Source: Candidatus Latescibacterota bacterium
GTDB lineage: Bacteria; Latescibacterota; UBA2968
DNA: 64,000 nucleotides
Direction: 5' to 3'
Assembly (NCBI GenBank): GCA_965208125.1
Contig: OZ242320.1
Location: 4,544,001 to 4,608,000, forward strand
Shown here one piece after another: positions 26,775-36,565 of the stretch; position 1 is the first letter of the stretch, and each line of letters begins with the position of its first letter. Below the pieces are notes generated by a model, which was given only the letters and a program-made list of their open reading frames with translations, did no database searches and was not told the DNA's origin. Made by a program: the position numbers and the translations under genes.

Positions 26775-28571
26775 TCACCCAACTTGTCTGGTATCATCCA
26801 GGCCGAGGTATCGCCGGTACATCTCTGCGTACTCGCCCCCATTGCGAATCAGTTCTGTGTGTGTCCCTTGTTCGAGGATCTGACCGTCGCCGAGAACGAT
26901 GATCTGGTCGGCATTTGCCACTGTTGTGAGTCTGTGAGAGACTATGAATGTGGTGCGTCCTTCTGCTACGCGGTCCAGGCTTTGCAAAAATCGCTGTTCT
27001 GTGGCGCTGTCCAGGGATGATGTGGGTTCGTCGAGGATGAGAATTTTGGGATCGCGAACCATGGCGCGGGCAATTCCGATCCGCTGTTTCTGACCCCCTG
27101 AGATTCGCGTGCCTTCTCGAAGATCGGTGTCATATCCGTTGCGTTGGGATGAGGCAAATGCGTCTATGTCCGCCAGTTGGGCGGCTCTGACCACTTCATC
27201 GTCAGATGCATGGGGCTGACCGAACAGGATATTTTCTTTGATTGTTCCGTTGAACAAATGCGTTTCCTGTAAAACCAGACCAACCTGGTCCTGATAAGTG
27301 CTCGATTTCACTTCTCTGAGGTCCTGGCCATCTACTATTACTCTGCCCGAATCCGGGTCGTATAGCCTGAGAAGCAGATTCGCGACCGTGGTTTTGCCCG
27401 ATCCACTGTGTCCCACCAGGGCGATTTTTTGACCTGCCTGAACGGTGAAGCTCAGGTTGTGCAGGACCGGTGTGCCATCCTCGTAAGAAAAGGAGACATT
27501 GTCAAAGACGACATCGCCCCTGACAGGTGGCATTGCCGGTGCATTGGGACGGTCTGTAACAGCGGGAACCTGATCCAGTGTTTCGAGAATGCGCTCGGCG
27601 GGAACCATTGCAATGCGAACTTGCTGAAAATACCGAATCAGGACTTGAATGGGGTTGGACAGGCGATTCGTATAGGAAAAAATAGGGAAGACAGACCCAT
27701 AGGAGAGGTTGCCTAAAATAACTTCTCTGAGAAAGTATAGTCTTATCAGTCTATTTTTTAAATAGGGAAGCAGGCCGTTATTGCGCGCGAGTTCTCCTTC
27801 GATGACACGCATATAAAACAGGCGCATCGCGGCGCGATACCCTTCGATGGTGAGATTGACATATCGCTTTACTTCGTGCCTGCGCCGGCCAAATGTCTGT
27901 ACGACGGCTGCCCCGGCAACGCCTTCTTGAAGCCCGGCGTCGCGCGCCTGCCATCTCTCTCTTACGCGGCGATCGAATCTGCGCTGTATGGTCGCGATCT
28001 TCTGGGCGACCATTCCATAAGGGATCGAGTAAATCAGAATGACCAGCGAGACCCGCCAGTCCAACCAGGTGGTGAAGATGAGTATGAGTATGAACTCATA
28101 GACCGCACGCAATGTCGCTGGCAAGATGTCCGTAATCATGCGCATTACGGCCCCCGTATCTGCGCTGGCGCGATACATGTGCTCGCCAATACCACGACTC
28201 TCGTAGAAGGTCATGGAGAGACGCTGGAGGTGGGTGAAGAAGTGGGTTTTGAGGGCTAAGCTCACACGTAGATCTACGTAGTGATTGAGTATGGTCGTCA
28301 TGGTACCGACCAATCTCTGAATCAGAACAAGCACAACATAGGCGACAAAGATACTGTAGAACAGGTTCCAATCCTGATTTGGAAATGCATCATCGATGAG
28401 AAACTTGCTCAGCCACGGATTCACAACCCGAAACGTGCTGACGACAATCGTGCCCATTACGACGAGCAGCGCCTTATCCCAGACGGGAATCATCAACCTG
28501 AGAAAACGCAGAAAGACTCTTATGAGCGACTGTTTTGCTCCCTTGCGGGGAGGTGGAAAATAGTTGAACAT
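26775..28571 (-). CDS. ABC exporter half-transporter (TMD+NBD)
   Basis: GHSGSGKT, ISGGQKQR, ILDEPTSSLD, SHR. Confidence 0.93.
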   Translation of the reverse strand: MFNYFPPPRKGAKQSLIRVFLRFLRLMIPVWDKALLVVMGTIVVSTFRVVNPWLSKFLIDDAFPNQDWNLFYSIFVAYVVLVLIQRLVGTMTTILNHYVDLRVSLALKTHFFTHLQRLSMTFYESRGIGEHMYRASADTGAVMRMITDILPATLRAVYEFILILIFTTWLDWRVSLVILIYSIPYGMVAQKIATIQRRFDRRVRERWQARDAGLQEGVAGAAVVQTFGRRRHEVKRYVNLTIEGYRAAMRLFYMRVIEGELARNNGLLPYLKNRLIRLYFLREVILGNLSYGSVFPIFSYTNRLSNPIQVLIRYFQQVRIAMVPAERILETLDQVPAVTDRPNAPAMPPVRGDVVFDNVSFSYEDGTPVLHNLSFTVQAGQKIALVGHSGSGKTTVANLLLRLYDPDSGRVIVDGQDLREVKSSTYQDQVGLVLQETHLFNGTIKENILFGQPHASDDEVVRAAQLADIDAFASSQRNGYDTDLREGTRISGGQKQRIGIARAMVRDPKILILDEPTSSLDSATEQRFLQSLDRVAEGRTTFIVSHRLTTVANADQIIVLGDGQILEQGTHTELIRNGGEYAEMYRRYLGLDDTRQVG

Positions 28572-28633
28572 TGTCCGGCCTTAGTCCTGTCCAAATACAG
28601 GCGTGGAGGCTGTTTTTCCGAAAGACACCAAAC

Positions 28634-28677
28634 CGTTTAAATTAGGTGAATACAGGTTTGAATGTCAATTGGATTTT
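28634..28677 (-). promoter_or_regulatory. Promoter block A (TTGACA-18-TAATTT), similar to 38519-38562
   Basis: 34/44 ungapped identity to block B; upstream of the ABC-MFP-PhyH operon. Confidence 0.65.
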
Positions 28678-28785
28678 CGGGTTTGTGGGAGAACAGAAAA
28701 CAATTGCGTCTGGTAGAAAATCCACTTTTTTATACAGTAGTCTATATGTTGTGACACATTTATTACATCTGCAGGAGCCTGCTTC

Positions 28786-31236
28786 ATGTTTAATCTGATT
28801 GGAAATTACGTCAAAATTGCTATCAGGAATTTGATGCGCAACAAAGTGTATTCTGCGCTCAATATCCTCGGTTTGGGCATCGCCATGTCCTGCTGTCTTT
28901 TAATCGTGTTGTTTTTACAACGCGAACTGCAATACGATCACAGATATGAAAAGGGAGATCGCATCTACAAGGTCGTGCGAGAAATAAATATCCAGGGCGG
29001 GTCGCGCAATTTTTCTTGGGGTACGTCGGGATCTTTGGCCCCCGCGTTGCAACGCGATTTCCCCGAAGTGGAGTCAGCTGTTCGAATATGGCCCTGGAAT
29101 GTGAAGGTCGAACGCGAGAATATTTTGTTTCCCACACGGCTCAATCGCGTTGACAAACACGTATTTGACGTATTTGAAGCCGAATTTGTTCAGGGTAGCG
29201 CACAGACGGCTTTTGAAGACCCAACGAGTATTGTGATTACCGAGAGAATGGCGAATGTTATCTACGGCGAGGAAAACCCGATGGGCAGGGTGCTCACGGT
29301 TGTCAATTCGATCTTTGGCGGCGATTATATTGTACGGGGTGTATTGAAAGATCGCTTCGAGCCCACCACAATCTCGTTTAATATGTTCATATCGAGAGAT
29401 CCCAATGCCCAGTGGAGAAACAAATTGCACAGATGGGATCCGGCTGCGGGTTTTCGACCGGTACAAACCTATATTTTGCTTCAAGAAGGGGTTTCTCCTC
29501 AAACACTGGAACAAAAATTTCCAGATTTTATAAAGCGCTATATGGGCGCGGAAATCCAAAAATACAATGCGTATCATCTTCAACCTCTGCATCGGGTCTA
29601 TTTGCATTCGCGCGCAGATTACGACATCCAGAGCTTCGGCGATATCGATCAACTCTATACGATGTGTGTGATTGCCGCATTTATTCTGATCATTGCCTGC
29701 GTGAACTTTATGAATCTGGCGACAGCCCAATCAGTCCGGCGCGCAAGAGAGGTGGGCTTGCGGAAAGTAGTCGGTGCCAGTCGCGGTCAGTTGATCCAGC
29801 AATTTCTGGGAGAGTCCCTGATTGTCGCCTGTCTCGCGTCGTTGCTGGCACTTATTGTCGCGCACGCAGCACTGCCCGTGTTTAATGATTTGATTCAGCA
29901 AAATCTGGTATTAGACCTCAAGGCTTATATGACTTTGATCCCGGCGTTGATCGGCGTGGTACTGGTATCCGGGGTACTCGCCGGAGGTTATCCCGCCTTT
30001 GTTTTATCTGCCTGGCAACCGATTGATACATTGAAGAGCCAGGTTCAATCCAGATCGGGTGGTTCGTGGTTCTGGAAGGGGCTGGTGATATTCCAATTTT
30101 CAATTTCGATTTTTTTGATCGTGGGCACGCTGGTCGTGCGCAACCAGATCTCTTATATGCTGGATCGGGATCTGGGGGTTGATACAGAACACCTGGTCAT
30201 GTTGCCGATTTTTATTTCGAGCCGAGAGGCGCATTTCGTTCACGCCAACCGCCTGTCGTCGCGATACAGTACTGTGAAGCAGTCGTTTTTGAGGCATCCC
30301 AATGTCATTGGGGCAACCGCATCTCAGTATCGCGCCTTCCCCAGCGGGGGTGGCTCGCGGCGCAAGCCCATTCGGCCAGAGGATTTGCCGGGAGATGACT
30401 GGTGGATTCTGGTCAACGAGGTTGATCAGGATTTTGTAAAAACAATGGGTATTGAGCTGGTTACTGGCAAAAACTTCACCCCGGGCAAGGGCAATCCCCT
30501 CAGGGGATGGACGCGCGAATTTCTGATCAATGAGTCGGCAGCCAAATTATTTGGCTGGGATAATCCCATCGGCAAACAAATTCAGAAGCTGGATGGGGGC
30601 GGCGGTATGGGTACTGTTGTGGGCGTGTTTAAGGATTACCATTTTGATTCCTTAAAGGAAAAAATCGCGCCCCTCGCATTTGTCAAGTGGGCCAGGCTAT
30701 ATGCGTATTTAACGCTTAAAATAAAGGGCGGACAATTTGTAGAAACGATGGATTTTTTGGAAGAGGAATGGTATAAATTCGTGCCCAACGAAGAGTTTAA
30801 TCCCATTTTTATGGACGATGGATTTGCATCTGCGTACCGGAATGAACTTCGCCTGAGAAGAATTGCTGGCATTTCTTCGTTGCTGGCGATCGTGGTGTGT
30901 TGTTTGGGGCTGTTCGGTTTGGCCGCTATCTCTGCCCAACGGCGTACAAAGGAGATCGGGGTGCGCAAGGTGCTCGGTGCGTCTGGCGGACAAATTGTGA
31001 CGATGTTTTCAGCCGAATTTGTCAAACTGGTCGCGTTTGCCAGCCTCATTGCCTGGCCCCTGGCTTATTACATGCTCGATGACTGGTTAGCCGATTTTGC
31101 CTATCGCATTGGTCTGGATATCTCGGTATTTGTATTGAGCAGTGTACTGGCTATCGCCATTGCCCTGATTACAGTGAGTTACCAGGCCTGGAAAGCGGCG
31201 CAAACCAATCCGATTGAGGCGCTTAAGTACGAATAG
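28786..31236 (+). CDS. Duplicated MacB/FtsX-type ABC permease (no ATPase nearby)
   Basis: KIAIRNL, IACVNFMNL..R.REVGLRKV.GA, QRRTKEIGVRKVLGA, NPIEALKYE. Confidence 0.93.
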   Translation: MFNLIGNYVKIAIRNLMRNKVYSALNILGLGIAMSCCLLIVLFLQRELQYDHRYEKGDRIYKVVREINIQGGSRNFSWGTSGSLAPALQRDFPEVESAVRIWPWNVKVERENILFPTRLNRVDKHVFDVFEAEFVQGSAQTAFEDPTSIVITERMANVIYGEENPMGRVLTVVNSIFGGDYIVRGVLKDRFEPTTISFNMFISRDPNAQWRNKLHRWDPAAGFRPVQTYILLQEGVSPQTLEQKFPDFIKRYMGAEIQKYNAYHLQPLHRVYLHSRADYDIQSFGDIDQLYTMCVIAAFILIIACVNFMNLATAQSVRRAREVGLRKVVGASRGQLIQQFLGESLIVACLASLLALIVAHAALPVFNDLIQQNLVLDLKAYMTLIPALIGVVLVSGVLAGGYPAFVLSAWQPIDTLKSQVQSRSGGSWFWKGLVIFQFSISIFLIVGTLVVRNQISYMLDRDLGVDTEHLVMLPIFISSREAHFVHANRLSSRYSTVKQSFLRHPNVIGATASQYRAFPSGGGSRRKPIRPEDLPGDDWWILVNEVDQDFVKTMGIELVTGKNFTPGKGNPLRGWTREFLINESAAKLFGWDNPIGKQIQKLDGGGGMGTVVGVFKDYHFDSLKEKIAPLAFVKWARLYAYLTLKIKGGQFVETMDFLEEEWYKFVPNEEFNPIFMDDGFASAYRNELRLRRIAGISSLLAIVVCCLGLFGLAAISAQRRTKEIGVRKVLGASGGQIVTMFSAEFVKLVAFASLIAWPLAYYMLDDWLADFAYRIGLDISVFVLSSVLAIAIALITVSYQAWKAAQTNPIEALKYE

Positions 31237-31244
31237 TTTTATCC

Positions 31245-33098
31245 TCAATCGGCTGCATCGACGTCTGTGCCCAACTGCATCTGCTCATCCCATATTCTGC
31301 GGTAGAGACCATTTGCTGCGAGCAAGTCGTCGTGTGTGCCATTTTCGACGATTCTGCCCTGATCCAAAACGTATATTCGGTCTGCGTTTTGAACTGTCAT
31401 GAGCCTGTGAGAAACCATCACGGTGGTTCGCCCCTCTGATACGTTCCAGATTGTGTCCATGACGTGTTCTTCCGATCGAGAATCCAGGTTTGAAGTCGCC
31501 TCATCCAGAATGAAAACCGCGGGGTCTCTGATCAGGGCGCGGGCAATGCCTATTCTTTGCTTTTGTCCGCCGGATAATCTCGTTCCCTCTCCAATATCTC
31601 TTTCAAATCCCTCCGGGTGGGCGATGACGGCATCGTAAAGCGCGGCCATACGGGCTGCTTCTTCTACGTCCGCATCCGAAGCCTTTAGATTTCCATACCG
31701 GATATTCTCGCGGACAGTTCCGGAAAATAAAAAGGTGTCTTGCAGCACAACGCCGAGTTGGTTGCGGTAGCTCAAGAGTAGGACGTCTTTCAGGTCGTGT
31801 CCATCTACGAGAACCGATCCAGTGGTGGGATCGTAAAGCCTCAAGATGAGGTATAGCATTGAGGTCTTGCCCGAGCCACTCGGGCCCACGAATGCGACGC
31901 GCTCTCCGGGACGGATTGTGATGTTGATATTTTCCAGCACGGGCTGTCCCGATTCGTATTCAAATCCCACATTTCTGAATTCGATTGTGCCGCTGAGGGA
32001 CGGTATGGTGCTCGCATCGGGCGCATCGCTTATCTCGGGTTGAACGTCGAGGGTTTGCAGGACGCGTTCGGCCTGGACGAGTTGAAGGCGAATGCTCTGG
32101 ATCAGCCTGATCATTCTCTCCATTGGGCCTTCAAATTGCCGGGCGAGGAAAAACACAACACTGAATTCTCCGATGCTCAACTCCCCGGTCATGGTGTGGT
32201 AACCCACGTAGAGCCACAACACTTTTTCAACGCCTTCAGAGAGAAACCACAGAACGCCCTGGTGCGTAAAGATATGTAGAACGCGGTACTTGATCCAATA
32301 TCTGCGGTTCTCGATAAAAGTTGATGCATATCGGCGGGCAGACCAGCGCATGCGGCCGAAACCTTTGACGGTCTTGGTCGCGGCTATACCGTCTCTCAAG
32401 ATCGACCTCAGGTACTGTGCCTGCATTCTCATGTCCCAGCGGACTCTCTGAAGGCGCGTGTAGAAGTAGTGGGATAGGGCTGTGTAGGGAAAGGAGTAGA
32501 GAAAAATCAAGACTGTGAGCCAGGGATCGACCAGACTGAGGATGATGCCCGTCCAGATAATCCGGTAGGCTATGGTGATCGCATTGGGAACATCGTCGGT
32601 GATCATGGTGATCAGGCCACCTGAGACGTCGGCGGTGCTGCGGTACATGTGTTCGCCGATGGGCCGACTCTGAAGAAAACCGAGGGAAAGTTTGTGGAGG
32701 TGGTCGTAGAAGATCGTTCGCAGGTGGATGGTGACTTTCATGTCGATATACCACCCGAGGATACGCCGTGTTATTTGAGAGACATTCGAGATGATCCACA
32801 TCAGGAATTGGATACCAAAGACAAAAAAGAAAAGCTGCAAGCGACGATCTACTGGCAGGTCGATGTTCAGAATGACTTCATCGACCTGATATCGATTCAA
32901 AAAGACGCCTATCTCACGGAGCGGAACACCTACCATGATGAATAGCATCCCGAGGATGACTTTTGTCTTGTGGGGATACAGGTACTTAAAAAATCGCCAG
33001 AAGGTTTCCCATTCGCGGTTTGCCCGTTCCTGTTCTGGAGACCAGGCGGAACCTCGCCATACCTCGGGCTTTTTCTGTCGGATGTCGAGAAGTCTCAT
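31245..33098 (-). CDS. ABC exporter half-transporter (TMD+NBD), paralog of 26775-28571
   Basis: GPSGSGKT, LSGGQKQR, ILDEATSNLD, SHR; shares IGEHMYR with the paralog. Start chosen by RBS spacing (alternative 33104). Confidence 0.92.
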   Translation of the reverse strand: MRLLDIRQKKPEVWRGSAWSPEQERANREWETFWRFFKYLYPHKTKVILGMLFIMVGVPLREIGVFLNRYQVDEVILNIDLPVDRRLQLFFFVFGIQFLMWIISNVSQITRRILGWYIDMKVTIHLRTIFYDHLHKLSLGFLQSRPIGEHMYRSTADVSGGLITMITDDVPNAITIAYRIIWTGIILSLVDPWLTVLIFLYSFPYTALSHYFYTRLQRVRWDMRMQAQYLRSILRDGIAATKTVKGFGRMRWSARRYASTFIENRRYWIKYRVLHIFTHQGVLWFLSEGVEKVLWLYVGYHTMTGELSIGEFSVVFFLARQFEGPMERMIRLIQSIRLQLVQAERVLQTLDVQPEISDAPDASTIPSLSGTIEFRNVGFEYESGQPVLENINITIRPGERVAFVGPSGSGKTSMLYLILRLYDPTTGSVLVDGHDLKDVLLLSYRNQLGVVLQDTFLFSGTVRENIRYGNLKASDADVEEAARMAALYDAVIAHPEGFERDIGEGTRLSGGQKQRIGIARALIRDPAVFILDEATSNLDSRSEEHVMDTIWNVSEGRTTVMVSHRLMTVQNADRIYVLDQGRIVENGTHDDLLAANGLYRRIWDEQMQLGTDVDAAD

Positions 33099-33123
33099 TG
33101 TCATCCTCAGGTCTTGTGAGACC

Positions 33124-34515
33124 TTAATTTTTTTTCCTATTCTCGTGATCTGGATACACAGCATTGAACACACGCGTTACCACATCGGGCGATGTCCGAT
33201 TCTCAAAAGCCTCTAAAACTGGATCGTTGGTTTCCCGCATTTGAGCCTGTAGAATCGTCCGTATTTCATCGGCTTTTGCACTGTATTCCGGGTCGTCAAT
33301 CAAGTTTTTCAAACAATTGGGGTCCTGCTCCAAATCGTATAACTCTTCCGGCACGCGATACCGAAACATTCGCACCCGTTCCGCAATATCTGGATTGCCC
33401 GGTGCAGCCTCCTCCATTGCGTGCATTGTCAAGCCTTCATTGTTATTGCGGTACCGATAGTCATCTCGCACCCACATATTAAATATGTATCCAAACTGAT
33501 GATTCTGCACACACCGCATCGGCGTTGCTGCTCCACCAGCCTTAGAATCGATCTGCGTAAATACATGCTCTCGACCTTCTTGCTTTTCGCCTCTCAGTAG
33601 CGGCACAAAAGATTGCCCATCCACACCATCCAAAGCAGGTAGCCCAATCGCATCTAATGCGGTCGGCAAGAAATCAATGCCCGACATCAGTTCACGACAT
33701 GTTGCACCCTCTTTTGCAACACCGGGCCACCGCACCAGCCAGGGTGTGCGTGTACTCGCCAGATATACATTACACTTGGCAAACGGCACAGCCATCCCGT
33801 TATCCGACAAAAAAGCGACCAGTGTATTGTCTCTCAATCCCGACTCTTCCAGAGCATTCATCACCGCTCCAAATGTATCATCCAGGCGTCTCACCGAATT
33901 GTAATACCACGAAAGTTCTTTGCGAATCAATGGAAGATCAGGCAAGAATCCGGGCACTTCAATTTCATCGGGGCTATACAACCGCGATGGCACCTCAGCA
34001 CCACCCTTTGGTCCTTCATCTGGGTTGTAAAACGGTCGATGGGGATCATGAGAGTTTACCATAAAATAAAAGGGTTTGTCGGCGCTTTTACAGTTCTCGA
34101 AAAATTTCTTACAATACGCTCTATACTTCTGAGGACTACGACCAAAACCCAGGTCTTCTTGATCCCGACTAAAATCCCAGGTAATCGACTCTTTCGGCGT
34201 TGAATGATTCACTTTTCCGAGAAGGCCAGTCATATACCCCGCATCGCTCAACGTTTCGATGATCGTCGGTGTGTCCTCAAATGTATGAAAAAATCCCATT
34301 CCACCATTGTTATAACTATAGCGCCCGGTGTTCAACACATTGCGACTTGGCATACAAATAGCAACATTCACATGCCCATGACTGAACCGCATACCCTCTG
34401 CGGCAAACGCATCCAGGTTGGGAGAAATATCTGGCACGTTTGATCCAAAACAGCCGAGTGAATCGCAACCCAAATCATCTGCTGTAAACAGCAGGATATT
34501 TAATTTACCTACCAT
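33124..34515 (-). CDS. Sulfatase (heparan N-sulfatase/SGSH-like)
   Basis: NILLFTADDLG, CMPSR, DPHRPF, LSDNGM..PFAKCN.Y. Confidence 0.9.
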   Translation of the reverse strand: MVGKLNILLFTADDLGCDSLGCFGSNVPDISPNLDAFAAEGMRFSHGHVNVAICMPSRNVLNTGRYSYNNGGMGFFHTFEDTPTIIETLSDAGYMTGLLGKVNHSTPKESITWDFSRDQEDLGFGRSPQKYRAYCKKFFENCKSADKPFYFMVNSHDPHRPFYNPDEGPKGGAEVPSRLYSPDEIEVPGFLPDLPLIRKELSWYYNSVRRLDDTFGAVMNALEESGLRDNTLVAFLSDNGMAVPFAKCNVYLASTRTPWLVRWPGVAKEGATCRELMSGIDFLPTALDAIGLPALDGVDGQSFVPLLRGEKQEGREHVFTQIDSKAGGAATPMRCVQNHQFGYIFNMWVRDDYRYRNNNEGLTMHAMEEAAPGNPDIAERVRMFRYRVPEELYDLEQDPNCLKNLIDDPEYSAKADEIRTILQAQMRETNDPVLEAFENRTSPDVVTRVFNAVYPDHENRKKN

Positions 34516-34586
34516 ACGATCCTCACTTTCTCAAATCAACATTGGACACGTAAATTTATGAATATTCCGAATAATCCGCTACCGAA

Positions 34587-36545
34587 TTAGTATAGCGCGA
34601 GTGAATGCCCGTCATCGGGAAACCATATCATGTCAACGACAAACGAAATCCCGACACCAACGAAATACCCCAGCATCATACCAAAGAAGAAGGGTGAGGC
34701 TTTGCGATACAGGCTGATGCCGCCTATACGGAGGATGGCGGCTTTGGCGAACCAGGCGAAGAAAATTGAGAATATAGTGCGATTGGCAGGGTATGAGGTT
34801 GCCGAGACCAGGCCGATGGGGTGTAGCGGAAAAGCCGGATAGATATAGCGGAGGACCATATTGGCGACGGTGACGGCAGTTCCGATCAGACCCCACAAGG
34901 CGAGATGTCGCTTCATTGCGAAGGGATCGCGGATGTAACCTACTCCTCTGTCAAATACGGCCTGTACGGATCCCGCATAGATGCCGCCGTAGTTGTATGC
35001 GCCCGTCTGGTAGCCGGAAGCGATCGCGTAATAGGCGCTGCCTCCCACAACAACGGCAACGGCGATCGCGACTGCGAGGATCATTCTCCCTCTGTCTTCG
35101 CGGACATCATCGAAGAGTTTCGTGGCGTTGGCCATCGGGGCCATCAGGACGGTTTTCAGGTCGCGGTGCCAGGTGTAGGTCAACGCCAATGCCACAATGC
35201 TCTGCGCGTTCATGTTTGTGAGCCCAACAATATGGTAGGTCGCAAACTGCGCGTGTATGATGCGAGAGCTGATCAGCCCCGTTTCGATGCTGATCTTCGA
35301 GATTCCAAGCCAGACGATAATGACAAGGGCGACGAAGACAAATGCCACATATACGGTCATTCCCGATGCGACGCACCACGCGCAGATGAATATCGCACTG
35401 AGGACGAGTCCGAATACCGCTGAACGGTAGGAGAGCATTTCCCGAGTATCGACTATCGCAGGGTCCTTTGTGAATGCCTTTCTGACGACATCTCTCAAAT
35501 GGCCGCGGGCGGTCCACAGTCCCCAGGGAATCAGGACGAAAAGTGCGCCAAGTCCTTGCCAGTTTTCAAAATCGGAAGTGTCTGCACGCAGTGGACCTGT
35601 TTCGAATCCAAATCTTCTGAACATACCAAGCTGAAACGTCAGGAACAGGAAGTAGATGATGATGCTTCCGGATACTTCGAGCTCAACGAAGTAAGAGGCA
35701 CCGATGATCAGTGGATAGAATCGGGTTTCGATGGGTGGAAAGTCCCGACCCAGTTGGATAAGCCCAAAGTCTCTTGGAATGGTCGGGAAAATGGGTGTGA
35801 AGTATCCGATCATATTCCACATAATCGGGAAGATCGCGAAAGCGAAACCGATCCAGAAAACAGGCTGGTTCATGAACCCGGCGGTGAAAAACCCACGAGG
35901 CTCCTCGTCCGCCATGTTCATCGGCAGCTTCATCAGGGGGAAGGAGAGCCGCTCGTTCTCGACCCATTGTTTCCGGAAGATCGCAACCATACAATAGCAG
36001 AAGCAGGCGACCGCGCCTACGAGCGACAGACGCCAGGTCAACGGTATGAGCCAGGCTTTCCACGGGATCGAAGCACCGCGGGGGAGTCCTTCGTAGAACC
36101 ATTTGGCTGCCATAATATCCGTTACGACTGCCCAATCGACTAGATACGGATGTAGCTCGGTCGCCCAGCCATTCTCGGATGATGGAAAATAATAGGGCGC
36201 ACCGATGTTCGCGATCATGTGCGCCATGAAGTAGCTGGGCAGAGCCGATCCGATCAGGGCCATTGCAAAGATGACGAGAAGCTCGGCTCTTGTGAGCATG
36301 GCCTTCGGTCGGACGGCCTGGATGACTTTGTTAAGGATGACAGCGATGATGAAGAAGGGAACCATCACGCCCCAGGGCAGATGGTCCTGCGCCATTTTGG
36401 TCGTATGACCGATGTGACGCGTGTAGTGACCGCCCCAGGCCATGAAAGTCACACACAGCGTACCCAGCGCAATGGATCGAGCCGTTATGGCGTGCCGAAA
36501 GGGACGAATCGCCGGTTCCGCTATGGATTGTTGTGCCTCGGCCAA
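34587..36545 (-). CDS. DUF6785/DUF6784-like polytopic membrane protein (paralog of 4918-6873)
   Basis: AITARSIALG, RKQWVENERLSFP, ISIETG, FPLHPIG, ILRIGGISLYR; TTG start after GGAGG. Confidence 0.75.
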   Translation of the reverse strand: MAEAQQSIAEPAIRPFRHAITARSIALGTLCVTFMAWGGHYTRHIGHTTKMAQDHLPWGVMVPFFIIAVILNKVIQAVRPKAMLTRAELLVIFAMALIGSALPSYFMAHMIANIGAPYYFPSSENGWATELHPYLVDWAVVTDIMAAKWFYEGLPRGASIPWKAWLIPLTWRLSLVGAVACFCYCMVAIFRKQWVENERLSFPLMKLPMNMADEEPRGFFTAGFMNQPVFWIGFAFAIFPIMWNMIGYFTPIFPTIPRDFGLIQLGRDFPPIETRFYPLIIGASYFVELEVSGSIIIYFLFLTFQLGMFRRFGFETGPLRADTSDFENWQGLGALFVLIPWGLWTARGHLRDVVRKAFTKDPAIVDTREMLSYRSAVFGLVLSAIFICAWCVASGMTVYVAFVFVALVIIVWLGISKISIETGLISSRIIHAQFATYHIVGLTNMNAQSIVALALTYTWHRDLKTVLMAPMANATKLFDDVREDRGRMILAVAIAVAVVVGGSAYYAIASGYQTGAYNYGGIYAGSVQAVFDRGVGYIRDPFAMKRHLALWGLIGTAVTVANMVLRYIYPAFPLHPIGLVSATSYPANRTIFSIFFAWFAKAAILRIGGISLYRKASPFFFGMMLGYFVGVGISFVVDMIWFPDDGHSLALY

Positions 36546-36565
36546 TCAGGACCTCCAATATTTTC

